Made by a program: the position numbers and the translations under genes | Shown: piece by piece, positions 9,582 through 18,974 of the stretch | Layout of the letters: each line of letters starts with the position of its first letter | Position numbering within the stretch: position 1 is the first letter of the stretch | Source of the DNA: Actinomycetota bacterium | GTDB taxonomy: Bacteria > Actinomycetota > Acidimicrobiia > Acidimicrobiales > SZUA-35 | DNA length: 50,615 bases | Direction: 5' to 3' | NCBI GenBank assembly: GCA_039029715.1 | Contig: JBCCFN010000003.1 | Location: 1-50,615 of the forward strand | Notes under the pieces: model-generated | The model's database searches: none | What the model was told of the DNA's origin: nothing | The model's input: only the letters and a program-made list of their open reading frames with translations

Positions 9582-10084
9582 TGGGGCCGCTCGCCGGCGA
9601 GCAGGACGATCGCATGGGGTACGACGTCGAGCACCGCCTCGAGCGTCTCCACCGCCCCGTTCGTCGATCCAGGGGTGTTCAGGATCAGGGCTTGACCCCT
9701 GGTCCCGGCGATGGCCCGACTGAGCCGACCGAGGCCCTGGTCGTTGCACAGCCGCATCGCCTCGGCCAGGCCCGGCGCCTCCCGCTCGATCGCCTCCCTG
9801 GTCCCCTCCGGGGTCAGGTCCCGGGGGCCGAAGCCGGTGCCGCCGGTGGTGACGATCAGACCGCAGAAGCCATCGGCCAGGTCGATCAGGGTGTCACGGA
9901 CCGAGGCGACCCCGTCCTCGATCTGGCGACGCTCGACCACCGCCCAGCCGGCCTCGACCAGGCGGGCCTCGACCGCATCGCCGGAGCGATCCTCCCTGGT
10001 GCCGGCGATCACGCCGTCCGAGGCCGTCACGACCTTGGCCTCGAGGGCGATGGTTGGTCCGTCTGCTGCCTCGCTATGAGCCAT
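9578..10084 (-). CDS. mog: Molybdopterin adenylyltransferase (MogA/MoaB family)
   Basis: SD...REDRSG, TTGGTGFGPRDLTPE, LSRAIAG and NTPGS motifs. Confidence 0.9.
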   Translation of the reverse strand: MAHSEAADGPTIALEAKVVTASDGVIAGTREDRSGDAVEARLVEAGWAVVERRQIEDGVASVRDTLIDLADGFCGLIVTTGGTGFGPRDLTPEGTREAIEREAPGLAEAMRLCNDQGLGRLSRAIAGTRGQALILNTPGSTNGAVETLEAVLDVVPHAIVLLAGERPH

Positions 10085-10190
10085 GGCCCCAGTGTGCCGC
10101 TCCGACGAGGCGTTCGGGCGATGGTTCCAAGTAGCCTGTGGTCTGCTTCGAGGTCAGCCTCTGCCGCCAACGACACCCGGAACCATCGCC

Positions 10191-11321
10191 ATGAACCATG
10201 ACGAACTACGCCCGGAGACCAGAGCCATCCGGGCCGGACGCCCGGACCGCCCCGGCGCTCCCCTGAACACGCCGATCGTCACCGCATCGACGTACCACCT
10301 CGGCGGCGATCGAGAGTACAGCCGCGGCGACGGGACCGAGACGGTCGACGCCTTCGAGGCGGCGGTCGGCGAGCTGGAGGGCGGCTGGTCGGTGGCGTTC
10401 TCGTCCGGCATGGCCGCGGTCTCCGCCGTCCTGGACCAGCTTCCCCAGGAGGCCAGGATCGCCGCACCGTCCGACTGCTACCAGGGCGTCGCCATGATCC
10501 TGGACGAGCGGGCCGCCAGCGCCGGCTGGAAGGTCGAGCGGATCCGGACCGATGACACCGACAGCTGGCTCTCGGTCATCGGCGCCCGCCCGGACCTGGT
10601 GTGGCTCGAGTCCCCGTCGAACCCGATGCTGACCGTCGGTGACGTCCCGGCGATCTGCGCCGCCGCCGAGCGGGCCGGGGTCGCCACCGCGGTTGACAGT
10701 ACGTTCGCCACCCCGCTGCTCCAACGCCCGCTCGATCAGGGGGCGACCTACTCGATCCACAGCGCGACCAAGTTCATCGGTGGCCACTCCGATCTGATCG
10801 GCGGCGTCGTCTCCACCGCCGACCCCGCGGCCAGGGACGGCCTGCGGCGCCGGCAGCTCCTCGGCGGGGCGGTGATCGGTGGCATGGAGGCGTTCCTCGC
10901 CCTCCGGGGCCTCAGGACGCTCCCGGTTCGGCTGGCCCGGGCCCAGGCCAGTGCGGCCGACCTCGCGCTCCGGTTGTCGAACCACCGGGCGGTCACCGCC
11001 GTGCACTACCCCGGCCTGACCACCGACCCCGGCTACCCGGTTGCCAAGCGGTCGCTCGCCGGCCCCGGGGCGGTGCTGTCATTCCAGACCCTCGGCCAGC
11101 CGGACGACGTCGACCGGGCACTGGGCGAGCTGACGGTCGTGGCTCCCGCCACCAGCCTCGGCGGCGTGGAGTCCACGATCGAGCGCCGGGCCAGGTTGGC
11201 CGGGCAGGCTCACGTCCCGGCCACGCTGCTTCGTCTCAGCGTCGGCTGCGAGCACGTCGAGGACCTGTGGGCCGATCTCGGCGAGATGCTGGCCAAGCTG
11301 GAGGGGCTCACCACCCGGTGA
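10191..11321 (+). CDS. PLP-dependent Cys/Met metabolism enzyme (cystathionine gamma-synthase/lyase family)
   Basis: FSSGMAA, ESPSNP, DSTFATP, HSATKFIGGHSD (PLP lysine), SLGGVES and RLSVGCE motifs; start at ATG 10191. Confidence 0.9.
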   Translation: MNHDELRPETRAIRAGRPDRPGAPLNTPIVTASTYHLGGDREYSRGDGTETVDAFEAAVGELEGGWSVAFSSGMAAVSAVLDQLPQEARIAAPSDCYQGVAMILDERAASAGWKVERIRTDDTDSWLSVIGARPDLVWLESPSNPMLTVGDVPAICAAAERAGVATAVDSTFATPLLQRPLDQGATYSIHSATKFIGGHSDLIGGVVSTADPAARDGLRRRQLLGGAVIGGMEAFLALRGLRTLPVRLARAQASAADLALRLSNHRAVTAVHYPGLTTDPGYPVAKRSLAGPGAVLSFQTLGQPDDVDRALGELTVVAPATSLGGVESTIERRARLAGQAHVPATLLRLSVGCEHVEDLWADLGEMLAKLEGLTTR

Positions 11322-11341
11322 GCTGACCCGAACCCCTTCCC

Positions 11342-11370
11342 TTTACGCCGGGCGGCTCGTCCTCTACCGT
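11342..11370 (+). promoter_or_regulatory. Housekeeping sigma promoter of serA-serC-DUF1015
   Basis: TTTACG-N17-TACCGT; GGAGA SD precedes the serA ATG. Confidence 0.55.
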
Positions 11371-11437
11371 TGCCGGCGGACACCGTTCACCTCGATTCCC
11401 GCCACCGGCCGGCATCGGGCTTGACTCTGGGAGACAA

Positions 11438-12640
11438 ATGAAGATCCTCTACGCCGATTCGATCGACGAATCCGGGCTGGGCCCGCTCCGGAACGCCGGC
11501 CACGAGTGCGTCCTCCGGCCAGAGCTGACCGCAGACACCCTGTCCGATGTGATCGGCGGATTCGATGTCCTGGTCGTCCGCAGTACCAAGGTCACCGGCG
11601 CAACGATCGCCGCCGCCGATCGGCTGGGGCTGATCGTTCGGGCCGGCGCTGGGACCGACAACATCGACCGGGACGCCGCCTCCGACCGCGGCATCTTCGT
11701 CTGCAACGTGCCCGGTCGCAATGCGATCGCCGTTGCCGAGCTGACGATCGGGCTGCTGCTTGCCATCGACCGCCGCATCGCAGACAACGTGACCGAGCTC
11801 CGGGCCGGCAGTTGGAACAAGAAGGAGTACACGGCCGCCGACGGGGTCTACGGCAAGCGGATCGGCATCGTCGGGCTCGGCGACATCGGGCTGGCGGTTG
11901 CCGAGCGGGCAAAGGCCCTCGGCCTGTCGGTCGCCGCGGTCCGCAAGTCTGACCGTCGACCGCAGGTTCAGGCCACAATTCGCAGCATCGGTATCCGAAT
12001 GGTCGACGACCTCCAGACCCTGTTGGCCGAGTCGGACGTCATCAGCATCCACGTGCCGAAGTCCGACGGGACGGTCGGACTCGTCGACGCCGACTTCCTG
12101 GCCGCCATGGGCCAAGGCTCGATCCTGCTCAACACCTCTCGAGGCGACGTGGTTGACGAGGCGGCCCTACTCGCCGCCCTCGACGCCGGGTCCATCCGGG
12201 CCGGCCTCGACGTCTGGCCCGGGGAGCCGGGCTCCGGGACCGGGTCGTTCGAGTCGGCCCTGGCCGCCCATCCGGCCGTCGTCGGGACCCACCACATCGG
12301 CGCCTCGACCGCCCAGGCCCAGCGGTCGGTGGCCGATGGCGCCACCGAGGTCATCCAGTCCTACGTGGTCGGCGATCCGATCAACTGCGTCAACCTCCGG
12401 CTGCAGCCGGAGGGCGCATCCTGCCTGACGATCCGTCACCTCGACCGGGTCGGCGTGCTGGCCAGCGTGTTCGCCGTGCTGCGGGCGAACGGCCTCAACG
12501 TCCAGCAGATGCAGAACCAGGTGTTCAGCGGCGGCCAGGCGGCGGTGGCGACGATCAACATCAACGCCGAACCGTCCCAGACCACGATCGACGCCATCGG
12601 CGACATCGACGAGGTGTTCAACGTCGTCGTCACCGGCTGA
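11438..12640 (+). CDS. serA: D-3-phosphoglycerate dehydrogenase with ACT domain
   Basis: RAGAGTDNID, GIVGLGDIG, NTSRG, THHIGAST and a C-terminal ACT domain; adjacent to serC. Confidence 0.88.
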   Translation: MKILYADSIDESGLGPLRNAGHECVLRPELTADTLSDVIGGFDVLVVRSTKVTGATIAAADRLGLIVRAGAGTDNIDRDAASDRGIFVCNVPGRNAIAVAELTIGLLLAIDRRIADNVTELRAGSWNKKEYTAADGVYGKRIGIVGLGDIGLAVAERAKALGLSVAAVRKSDRRPQVQATIRSIGIRMVDDLQTLLAESDVISIHVPKSDGTVGLVDADFLAAMGQGSILLNTSRGDVVDEAALLAALDAGSIRAGLDVWPGEPGSGTGSFESALAAHPAVVGTHHIGASTAQAQRSVADGATEVIQSYVVGDPINCVNLRLQPEGASCLTIRHLDRVGVLASVFAVLRANGLNVQQMQNQVFSGGQAAVATININAEPSQTTIDAIGDIDEVFNVVVTG

Positions 12641-12669
12641 CCGAGCCCCGAACCGGAAGGAAACCCGTC

Positions 12670-13755
12670 ATGGACCGAGTCCACAATTTCAGCGCCGGCC
12701 CCTGCACCCTGCCCGCCTCCGTGATCGGGGAGCTGGCCGACGAGCTCCCGAACTTCGAGGACACCGGCATGTCACTGGTCGAGATGAGCCACCGGGACGC
12801 CGGCTACGACCGGATCCACCGGGAGACCCTCGACCTGTTGCGGTCCCTGTGCGCGGTGCCGGACGACATGTCGATCCTGCTCCTGCAGGGGGGTGCGACC
12901 CTGCAGTTCGCCATGGTCCCACTCAACCTCCTCGGCACCGACCAGGGGCGGGCCGGTCATGTCGTGACCGGCAGCTGGGCCAAGAAGGCCCTGGCCGATG
13001 CGGCCAAGATCGGTGGGACCTACACCGCCTGGTCCGGGGCCGAGGACGGCTTCGTCCGGATGCCGACCGCCGCCGAACTGACGGTCGAGGCCGACACCCG
13101 CTACGTCCACGTGACCTCCAACGAGACGATCGGCGGCATCCGGATCCCCGAGTTCTACGACCTCGACGTCCCCCAGGTGGCGGACATGTCATCCGACTAC
13201 CTGACCAGACCGATCCCGTGGGAGCGGTTCGACCTGGTCTACGGCGGGGCCCAGAAGAACATCGGCCCGGCCGGTCTGACCGTGGTGTTCATCCGGAACT
13301 CGGTGCTGGAGGCGCTGCCGGACGACATCCCGGCCTACCTCCACTACCGGACCCACGCGGACGCCGACAGCCTGGCCAACACCCCGCCGGTGTTCTCGAT
13401 CTGGGCCACCGGCAAGGTGCTGCGGTGGATCGAGTCGAACGGCGTCATCCCGGCGATGGAGGCCAGTGCGGCCGAGCGATCGGCGATGGTCTACGACCTG
13501 ATCGACGACAGTGACGGGTTCTACCGCTGCCCGGTCGACGTCGGCTCCCGGTCCCACACCAACGTGGTGTTCCGACTCCGGAACGAGGAGCTGGAGCAGC
13601 CGTTCCTGGCCGAAGCGGCAACCCAGGGACTGGTCAGCCTCAAGGGCCACCGCTCGGTCGGCGGCATCAGGGCCAGCATCTACAACGCGCTCCCGACCGA
13701 GAGCGTGACCGCACTGACCCGATTCATGGGCGACTTCGCCGCAGGCAACACCTGA
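12670..13755 (+). CDS. serC: Phosphoserine aminotransferase
   Basis: NFSAGP, EMSHR, NETIGG, DMSS, GAQKN, NTPP and GHRSVGGIRASIYN motifs. Confidence 0.96.
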   Translation: MDRVHNFSAGPCTLPASVIGELADELPNFEDTGMSLVEMSHRDAGYDRIHRETLDLLRSLCAVPDDMSILLLQGGATLQFAMVPLNLLGTDQGRAGHVVTGSWAKKALADAAKIGGTYTAWSGAEDGFVRMPTAAELTVEADTRYVHVTSNETIGGIRIPEFYDLDVPQVADMSSDYLTRPIPWERFDLVYGGAQKNIGPAGLTVVFIRNSVLEALPDDIPAYLHYRTHADADSLANTPPVFSIWATGKVLRWIESNGVIPAMEASAAERSAMVYDLIDDSDGFYRCPVDVGSRSHTNVVFRLRNEELEQPFLAEAATQGLVSLKGHRSVGGIRASIYNALPTESVTALTRFMGDFAAGNT

Positions 13756-14999
13756 TGGGCGCCGTCCACCCGGTGCGATTGCGGTTCGTAACCCCGGCGT
13801 GGCAGGGCGAGGTGCCCTCCCCACCCCACGATGCGCTCAGCCCGGAGGCCAGACGACGGCACCTGGCGGCCAACCCACGGTCCTACCTCGGCGTGACCAG
13901 AGCCCCGGAGGACGGCCCGATGGCCGGACCGGATGCCGCCGCCGAGGCGCTCCGAGCCGGCCGGGCAACCCTGATCGAACTGCTGGCCGACGGCGTCTTC
14001 GGGGCCGAGGAAGGCCCTGGATACTTCATCTACCGGTTGGAGAACGGCGGGCACCGCCAGGCCGGACTGGTCTGCACGGTCGACACCGCCGCCTACGACG
14101 ACGGCACGGTGCGGATCCACGAGCGCATCAACCGCAGCCGGGCCGCCCACCTGGCATCCCATCTCCGAATCGTCGGGGCCCAGTCGTCACCGATCGCCCT
14201 GGCCTACCGAGGAGCGGAGGTGGTCACCGAGCTGATCGCCGACGCCACGACCCGGGAGGACCCCTTCGTTGAGATCGACGACGATGACGGGCTGCGGCAG
14301 TCGCTGTGGCGGCTGGAGGCCGACGATGTCCCGGCCATCGCCACCGCACTGTCCGACCATCCGCTGTACCTGATCGACGGCCATCACCGGGCGGCCGCAG
14401 CCTCCGCCGACCTGGCAGCCAACGGGCCTCACCCGATCGGGGACCATCGCATCCTCTCGGTGCTGTTCCCCTACGAGGAGCTGCGAAACCTGGCCTTCCA
14501 CCGCCTGCTGACCGGGATCGACACCACGACCCTGGCGGCCGGGCTTGCCGAGCGCTTCCCGACCAGATCGGCGGCCGGGCCAGCTGCGGTCGTCGACCGG
14601 GCCGACACCGAGCTGGCGGTGGCGCTGCCGGGATCGGGTGGCGGCACCGATTGGCTCCTGGTCGACATCCCGTTCGACGACCCGGCCCCTCGGGCCCTGG
14701 CCAACATCGACCCGATCCGGTTGGCAACCCACCTGCTCGGGCCGACACTCGATCTGGTCGAGGGTGACGACGACCCCCGCCTCGAGTATCGGCCAGGCGA
14801 GGCAGACGTCGATGCGGTGCGGGATCTGGCGGTTAGAGCGGATCAGGCCCTGTTCCTGATGCGTCCGGTCCCGCTGACCACGCTGATGGAGTGCTCAGAC
14901 GCCGGTCAGGTCATGCCGCCGAAGTCGACCTACTTCCAACCGAAGGTCCGCTCCGGGCTCTTCGTCCGGCTGATCGACCCGGCACTGACCGGGGCCTGA
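13755..14999 (+). CDS. DUF1015 family protein (ParB/Srx-like fold)
   Basis: SPPHD, IHE, IDGHHR, AFHR and MPPKSTYFQPK motifs; TGATG coupling to serC. Confidence 0.88.
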   Translation: MGAVHPVRLRFVTPAWQGEVPSPPHDALSPEARRRHLAANPRSYLGVTRAPEDGPMAGPDAAAEALRAGRATLIELLADGVFGAEEGPGYFIYRLENGGHRQAGLVCTVDTAAYDDGTVRIHERINRSRAAHLASHLRIVGAQSSPIALAYRGAEVVTELIADATTREDPFVEIDDDDGLRQSLWRLEADDVPAIATALSDHPLYLIDGHHRAAAASADLAANGPHPIGDHRILSVLFPYEELRNLAFHRLLTGIDTTTLAAGLAERFPTRSAAGPAAVVDRADTELAVALPGSGGGTDWLLVDIPFDDPAPRALANIDPIRLATHLLGPTLDLVEGDDDPRLEYRPGEADVDAVRDLAVRADQALFLMRPVPLTTLMECSDAGQVMPPKSTYFQPKVRSGLFVRLIDPALTGA

Positions 15000-15019
15000 C
15001 CTCACGGTCCTGGCGACCG

Positions 15020-16267
15020 TCAGGCGGTCGGTCGCTGCAGTCGGGCCAGCATCATCCCGTCCGACCCGTCGTCGGTCGGCAGCAGCAGGCCGATGCCGGC
15101 CTCATCGATCCACGGGCCGTCCGGCACCGGGAGTGACGTGACCTCCGGCCGGCGGCGCCGGACCGCGGCGATGACGTCCGCCCCCTCGGTGTCGCCGAAG
15201 GTGCAGACGCTGTAGGTCAGGGTGCCGCCGGGCCGAAGCAATCGCAGGCCGGCCAGCACGAGCTCGACCTGGAGCTCGGCGAGCCGAGCCGGCGCCTCCG
15301 GTTCGATCCGCCACCGGGCGTCCGGGCGCCGCCGGAGGCTGCCGAACCCCGAGCACGGCGCATCGACCAGCACCCGGTCGGCCGAACCGTCCGCCAGCGG
15401 CGGCCGTCGGCCGTCGGCCACCAGCGGTACGACCCGGCTGCCGAGCCGCTCGACGTTGGCCACCACCAGGCCGACCCGGCTGGCTCGGCGGTCCCCGGCG
15501 ATCACGGTCGCACCGGTGGCGGCCAGCCCGGTGGCCTTGCCCCCGGGGGCGGCGCAGAGGTCGACCACCATCTCACCGGGGCCGGCCTCGACGGCGGCCA
15601 CCACCCGCTGGGATGCGGCATCCTGCACGTAGCCGTCGTCTCGGACCGTCGTCTGGGCCGGCTGGTTCATGGCCTCGAGGGCGGCGATGGCCCGATCGGC
15701 ACCGAGCGACTCGGTGACCGAGGCGACCAGCCAGTCCGGGTAGCTGAGCCTGGTCGCAACGTCCGGGTACTCGACCGGGGCCTCGGCGACCCGCCGCAGC
15801 ACGGCGTTCACCATCTTCCGGCCGCCGCCGGTGACCGCCCCGACCGTGGCTGCGACCGCGGCATGGGGTGGCGTCCGGAGGAAGGCCAGCTGGTAGGCCC
15901 CGATGCGAAGGGCGGCCCGAACCTGATCGTCGGTGTCACCGAGCACGAACCGATCGACGAGATGGTCGCAGGCCCGCAGCATCCTGGTGGTCCCGTAGAC
16001 CAGCTGGGTCACGAATCGGCGATCCTCGCCAGACAGCTCAGACCGGGCAAGCAGCTCCGGGAGCATCAGGTTGGCGTAGGCCCCGCCGCTTGCGATCCGC
16101 TTGAGCGCCTCGATGGCCAGCCGCCGGGTGGCAACCCCATCCACCGTCGCCCCGGCCGACGAGTTGCGGTTCGGCGCACCGGGTGCGGCACCGCCCCGGC
16201 CACGGCCCCCGCTGCGGCTGCGGGACTGCGGTCGCCGGGACCGGCCCCGCTCAGCGGAGCCGCTCAC
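15020..16267 (-). CDS. rsmB: 16S rRNA m5C methyltransferase RsmB/Sun (NusB-like plus MTase domains)
   Basis: DLCAAPGGK, DAPCSG and YSVCT motifs; N-terminal NusB-like domain; follows fmt. Start uncertain. Confidence 0.9.
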   Translation of the reverse strand: MSGSAERGRSRRPQSRSRSGGRGRGGAAPGAPNRNSSAGATVDGVATRRLAIEALKRIASGGAYANLMLPELLARSELSGEDRRFVTQLVYGTTRMLRACDHLVDRFVLGDTDDQVRAALRIGAYQLAFLRTPPHAAVAATVGAVTGGGRKMVNAVLRRVAEAPVEYPDVATRLSYPDWLVASVTESLGADRAIAALEAMNQPAQTTVRDDGYVQDAASQRVVAAVEAGPGEMVVDLCAAPGGKATGLAATGATVIAGDRRASRVGLVVANVERLGSRVVPLVADGRRPPLADGSADRVLVDAPCSGFGSLRRRPDARWRIEPEAPARLAELQVELVLAGLRLLRPGGTLTYSVCTFGDTEGADVIAAVRRRRPEVTSLPVPDGPWIDEAGIGLLLPTDDGSDGMMLARLQRPTA

Positions 16268-17150
16268 CGGGCTCCGGGCGAATGCCGTTGATCCAATCGG
16301 CGGCAGACATCGATCGCTTCCCCTCCGGCTTGACCGTCACCAGCTCCAGGCGGCCGTCCGGGGTGGCGACCGCGGTGCCGTCGAGGAGCCCCGGTGGACC
16401 GTCGCCGTCTACGACCCTGGCGGCCTCGATCCCCACTCGGCGATCCCGGAATTCCGCCCAGGCCCGGCCGACCCGGATCGTCCGGTGGGCCTCGACGGCC
16501 GGCCGCTCGAAGTCCAACCGAGCCTCGCTCCGATCGAGCTTGGCGGCGTAGGTGACCTCGCCGACCTGAGGCTCGGCCGGGCCGAGCCCGGCGCGGAGCG
16601 AGCGGACGAGCAGGTCGGCACCTCGATCGGCCAGCCGGGCCCGGAGCTCGACTGCGGACTCCTCGGGCCCGATGTCCAGCGTCTCGGTGGCATAGACCCC
16701 GCCCTCGTCCAGTCCCTCGCTGACCGCCATCAGGCAGACGCCGGTTCGGGTGTCACCGGCCAGGATGGCCCGCTCGACCGGGGCCGCACCCCGCCATCGG
16801 GGCAACAGCGAGAAGTGGACGTTGACCATGGGAATCCGGGCCAGGAGCGAGACCGGGATGATACGGCCGTAGGCAACCACGACGCCGAGGTCGACCGCCC
16901 GGTCATCGAGCTCAGCCAGGTCTTCCAGGCGATCGGTCGCCGGGAGGCCGAGCTCATTGGCCGCCTCCTTGACCGGAGATGGCTGCACCGCCCCGCCCCG
17001 CCCACGACGCTTGTCCGCCCTGGTCACCACGATCGGCACCTCGAAACCGGCCTCGACCAGGGCCCGCAGCGATACCGCAGCAACCGCCGGTGTCCCGAGG
17101 AAGGCCAGCCGGCGGATGTCGCTGGGAGGATCCGCCAGCGCATCGGTCAT
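16251..17150 (-). CDS. fmt: Methionyl-tRNA formyltransferase
   Basis: FLGTP, VVAYG, NVHFSLLPRWRGAAP and LDEG motifs. Confidence 0.96.
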   Translation of the reverse strand: MTDALADPPSDIRRLAFLGTPAVAAVSLRALVEAGFEVPIVVTRADKRRGRGGAVQPSPVKEAANELGLPATDRLEDLAELDDRAVDLGVVVAYGRIIPVSLLARIPMVNVHFSLLPRWRGAAPVERAILAGDTRTGVCLMAVSEGLDEGGVYATETLDIGPEESAVELRARLADRGADLLVRSLRAGLGPAEPQVGEVTYAAKLDRSEARLDFERPAVEAHRTIRVGRAWAEFRDRRVGIEAARVVDGDGPPGLLDGTAVATPDGRLELVTVKPEGKRSMSAADWINGIRPEPGERLR

Positions 17151-17716
17151 GGCAGCGTCAGGCCCCCGCCGACGGACTGTTCCGACTCCCTGGCCGGGGC
17201 GTCTGCGTACTGCTCCCGGAGGGTCCGGAGCGCCTGCTTGCGCCGGTCGTCGTCCAGATGGTCGATCATCAACACGCCATCGAGGTGGTCGACCTCGTGC
17301 TGGAACAGCCGGGACAGCAGCTCGTCTGCCTCGATCGAGATCTCGTTGCCTTCCAGGTCATAGCCGGTGAAGTGGATCTCCTTCGGCCGGACGATCTCCC
17401 AGAACATGCCGGGAATCGAGAGGCAGCCCTCTTCGTAGACCCACTCCCCACGGGACTCCGAGATGACCGGATTGATGACGGCGCCCGGGCCGTCACCGAT
17501 GTCGTAGACGAAGAGCCGACGCTGGACACCGACCTGGGGCGCAGCCAGCCCGATGCCGGGCTCGGCATAGAGGGTCTCCAACATGTCGTCGACCAGCTTG
17601 ACCAGCTTGCCGTCGACCTCGGTCACCTCCTGCGCCACCTTCCGGAGCACCGGATCGCCGAACAGCCGTACCTGGTACGGAGCGGGGCGTGGCTCTTCGG
17701 GCGGCGTGGATCCCAT
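17147..17716 (-). CDS. def: Peptide deformylase
   Basis: GIGLAAPQVG, EGCLS and QHEVDHLDG motifs. Confidence 0.97.
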   Translation of the reverse strand: MGSTPPEEPRPAPYQVRLFGDPVLRKVAQEVTEVDGKLVKLVDDMLETLYAEPGIGLAAPQVGVQRRLFVYDIGDGPGAVINPVISESRGEWVYEEGCLSIPGMFWEIVRPKEIHFTGYDLEGNEISIEADELLSRLFQHEVDHLDGVLMIDHLDDDRRKQALRTLREQYADAPARESEQSVGGGLTLP

Positions 17717-17789
17717 GACCCAAATCTATCGGCAGCAGTTGTGGATCGACGAGCCGCAAACCCGCAGACGACTGGCTACCGTCGGGTCG

Positions 17790-18425
17790 GTGAGCGGCCA
17801 GGGGCCGGGCCCCCACTACTTCGATCCCGATCCATCAACGGCGTCCGATCCGGGCTCGGTCTCGCTCGTGCTGCCGGACCTGACGCTCGACCTGGCGACC
17901 GACGCCGGGGTCTTCGGCCGCCAGCGGGTCGACGCCGGGACCAAGCTGCTGCTGCTCGACGGTCCGGCCGCCGACCCGACGGCCCGGACCCTCGTCGATC
18001 TCGGCGCCGGCTACGGGCCGATCACGGTGGCGCTGGCCACCCGCCACCCGACTGCGGTCGTCTGGGCGGTCGAGATCAACGCCCGGGCCCGGGAGCTCTG
18101 CCAGGCGAACGCAGACGCCGCAGGCCTGTCGAACGTCCGGGTGGTTGCCCCTGACGAGGCCCCGGAGGATCTGGTCATCGACCGGCTGTGGTCGAATCCC
18201 CCGATCCGGATCGGCAAGCGGGCTCTCCACCAGCTTCTGATGACCTGGCTCGGCCGTCTCGGGTCGGACGGCACCGCCCATCTGGTCGTGCAACGACACC
18301 TGGGGGCCGACAGCCTGCAGCGGTGGCTGAGCGACAACGGCTGGCCGACCGGACGGCGGAGCTCCAAGGCCGGCTATCGGCTGCTCGACGTTCGCCGGGC
18401 CCACGCGGATCGGGAGACGCCGTGA
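17790..18425 (+). CDS. Class I SAM methyltransferase, RsmC/MTS-like
   Basis: HYF, GVFG...DAGT, DLGAGYG and SNPPIRIGK motifs. GTG 17790 lies 7 nt after TACCGT. Confidence 0.88.
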   Translation: MSGQGPGPHYFDPDPSTASDPGSVSLVLPDLTLDLATDAGVFGRQRVDAGTKLLLLDGPAADPTARTLVDLGAGYGPITVALATRHPTAVVWAVEINARARELCQANADAAGLSNVRVVAPDEAPEDLVIDRLWSNPPIRIGKRALHQLLMTWLGRLGSDGTAHLVVQRHLGADSLQRWLSDNGWPTGRRSSKAGYRLLDVRRAHADRETP

Positions 18426-18967
18426 CCGACGATCGACCGCTCGGCCCGACCGAGCTGAAGCGGCTCCACCGCGATTGGCGCCGCAAGGGCGATGTCCGGC
18501 TGGCCATGATCCTCGACGGGGTGCAGAACCCCTACAACCTCGGCTCGATCCTGCGGACTGCGGCCGCCTACCGGGTCGAGACGATCTGGCAGGTCCCACC
18601 GATCGTGCCGGTCGGTCACCCCAAGGTGGCGAAGACGGCGCTCGGCTGCGAGCGTCTGGTCACCACCACCGAGGTGGCAACGATCGACGAGGCGCTCTCG
18701 GCCGCCGCCGGGGCCGGCTTCCAGACCGTTGCGGTCGAGTTGACCGGAGCGGCCCGGCCGTTGTTCACCATCGACCTCGCTCGGCCGACCTGCCTGGTCG
18801 TCGGCCACGAGGAGCGGGGCGTCCATCGAGAAACGTTGGCTGCGGTCGACCACGTCGGGTTCCTCCCTCAGCTCGGCAAGGTCGGTTCGCTGAATGTGGC
18901 CCAGGCGGCGACGGCGGCGATCTGGGAGGTCGCCCGCCAGCACTGGGCCGGCGGCCTTACCGACTGA
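18422..18967 (+). CDS. TrmH/SpoU family RNA methyltransferase
   Basis: QNPYNLGSILRT, GHEERG and SLNVA SPOUT motifs; GTGA overlap with the upstream gene. Confidence 0.9.
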   Translation: MTDDRPLGPTELKRLHRDWRRKGDVRLAMILDGVQNPYNLGSILRTAAAYRVETIWQVPPIVPVGHPKVAKTALGCERLVTTTEVATIDEALSAAAGAGFQTVAVELTGAARPLFTIDLARPTCLVVGHEERGVHRETLAAVDHVGFLPQLGKVGSLNVAQAATAAIWEVARQHWAGGLTD

Positions 18968-18974
18968 CGCCGGC

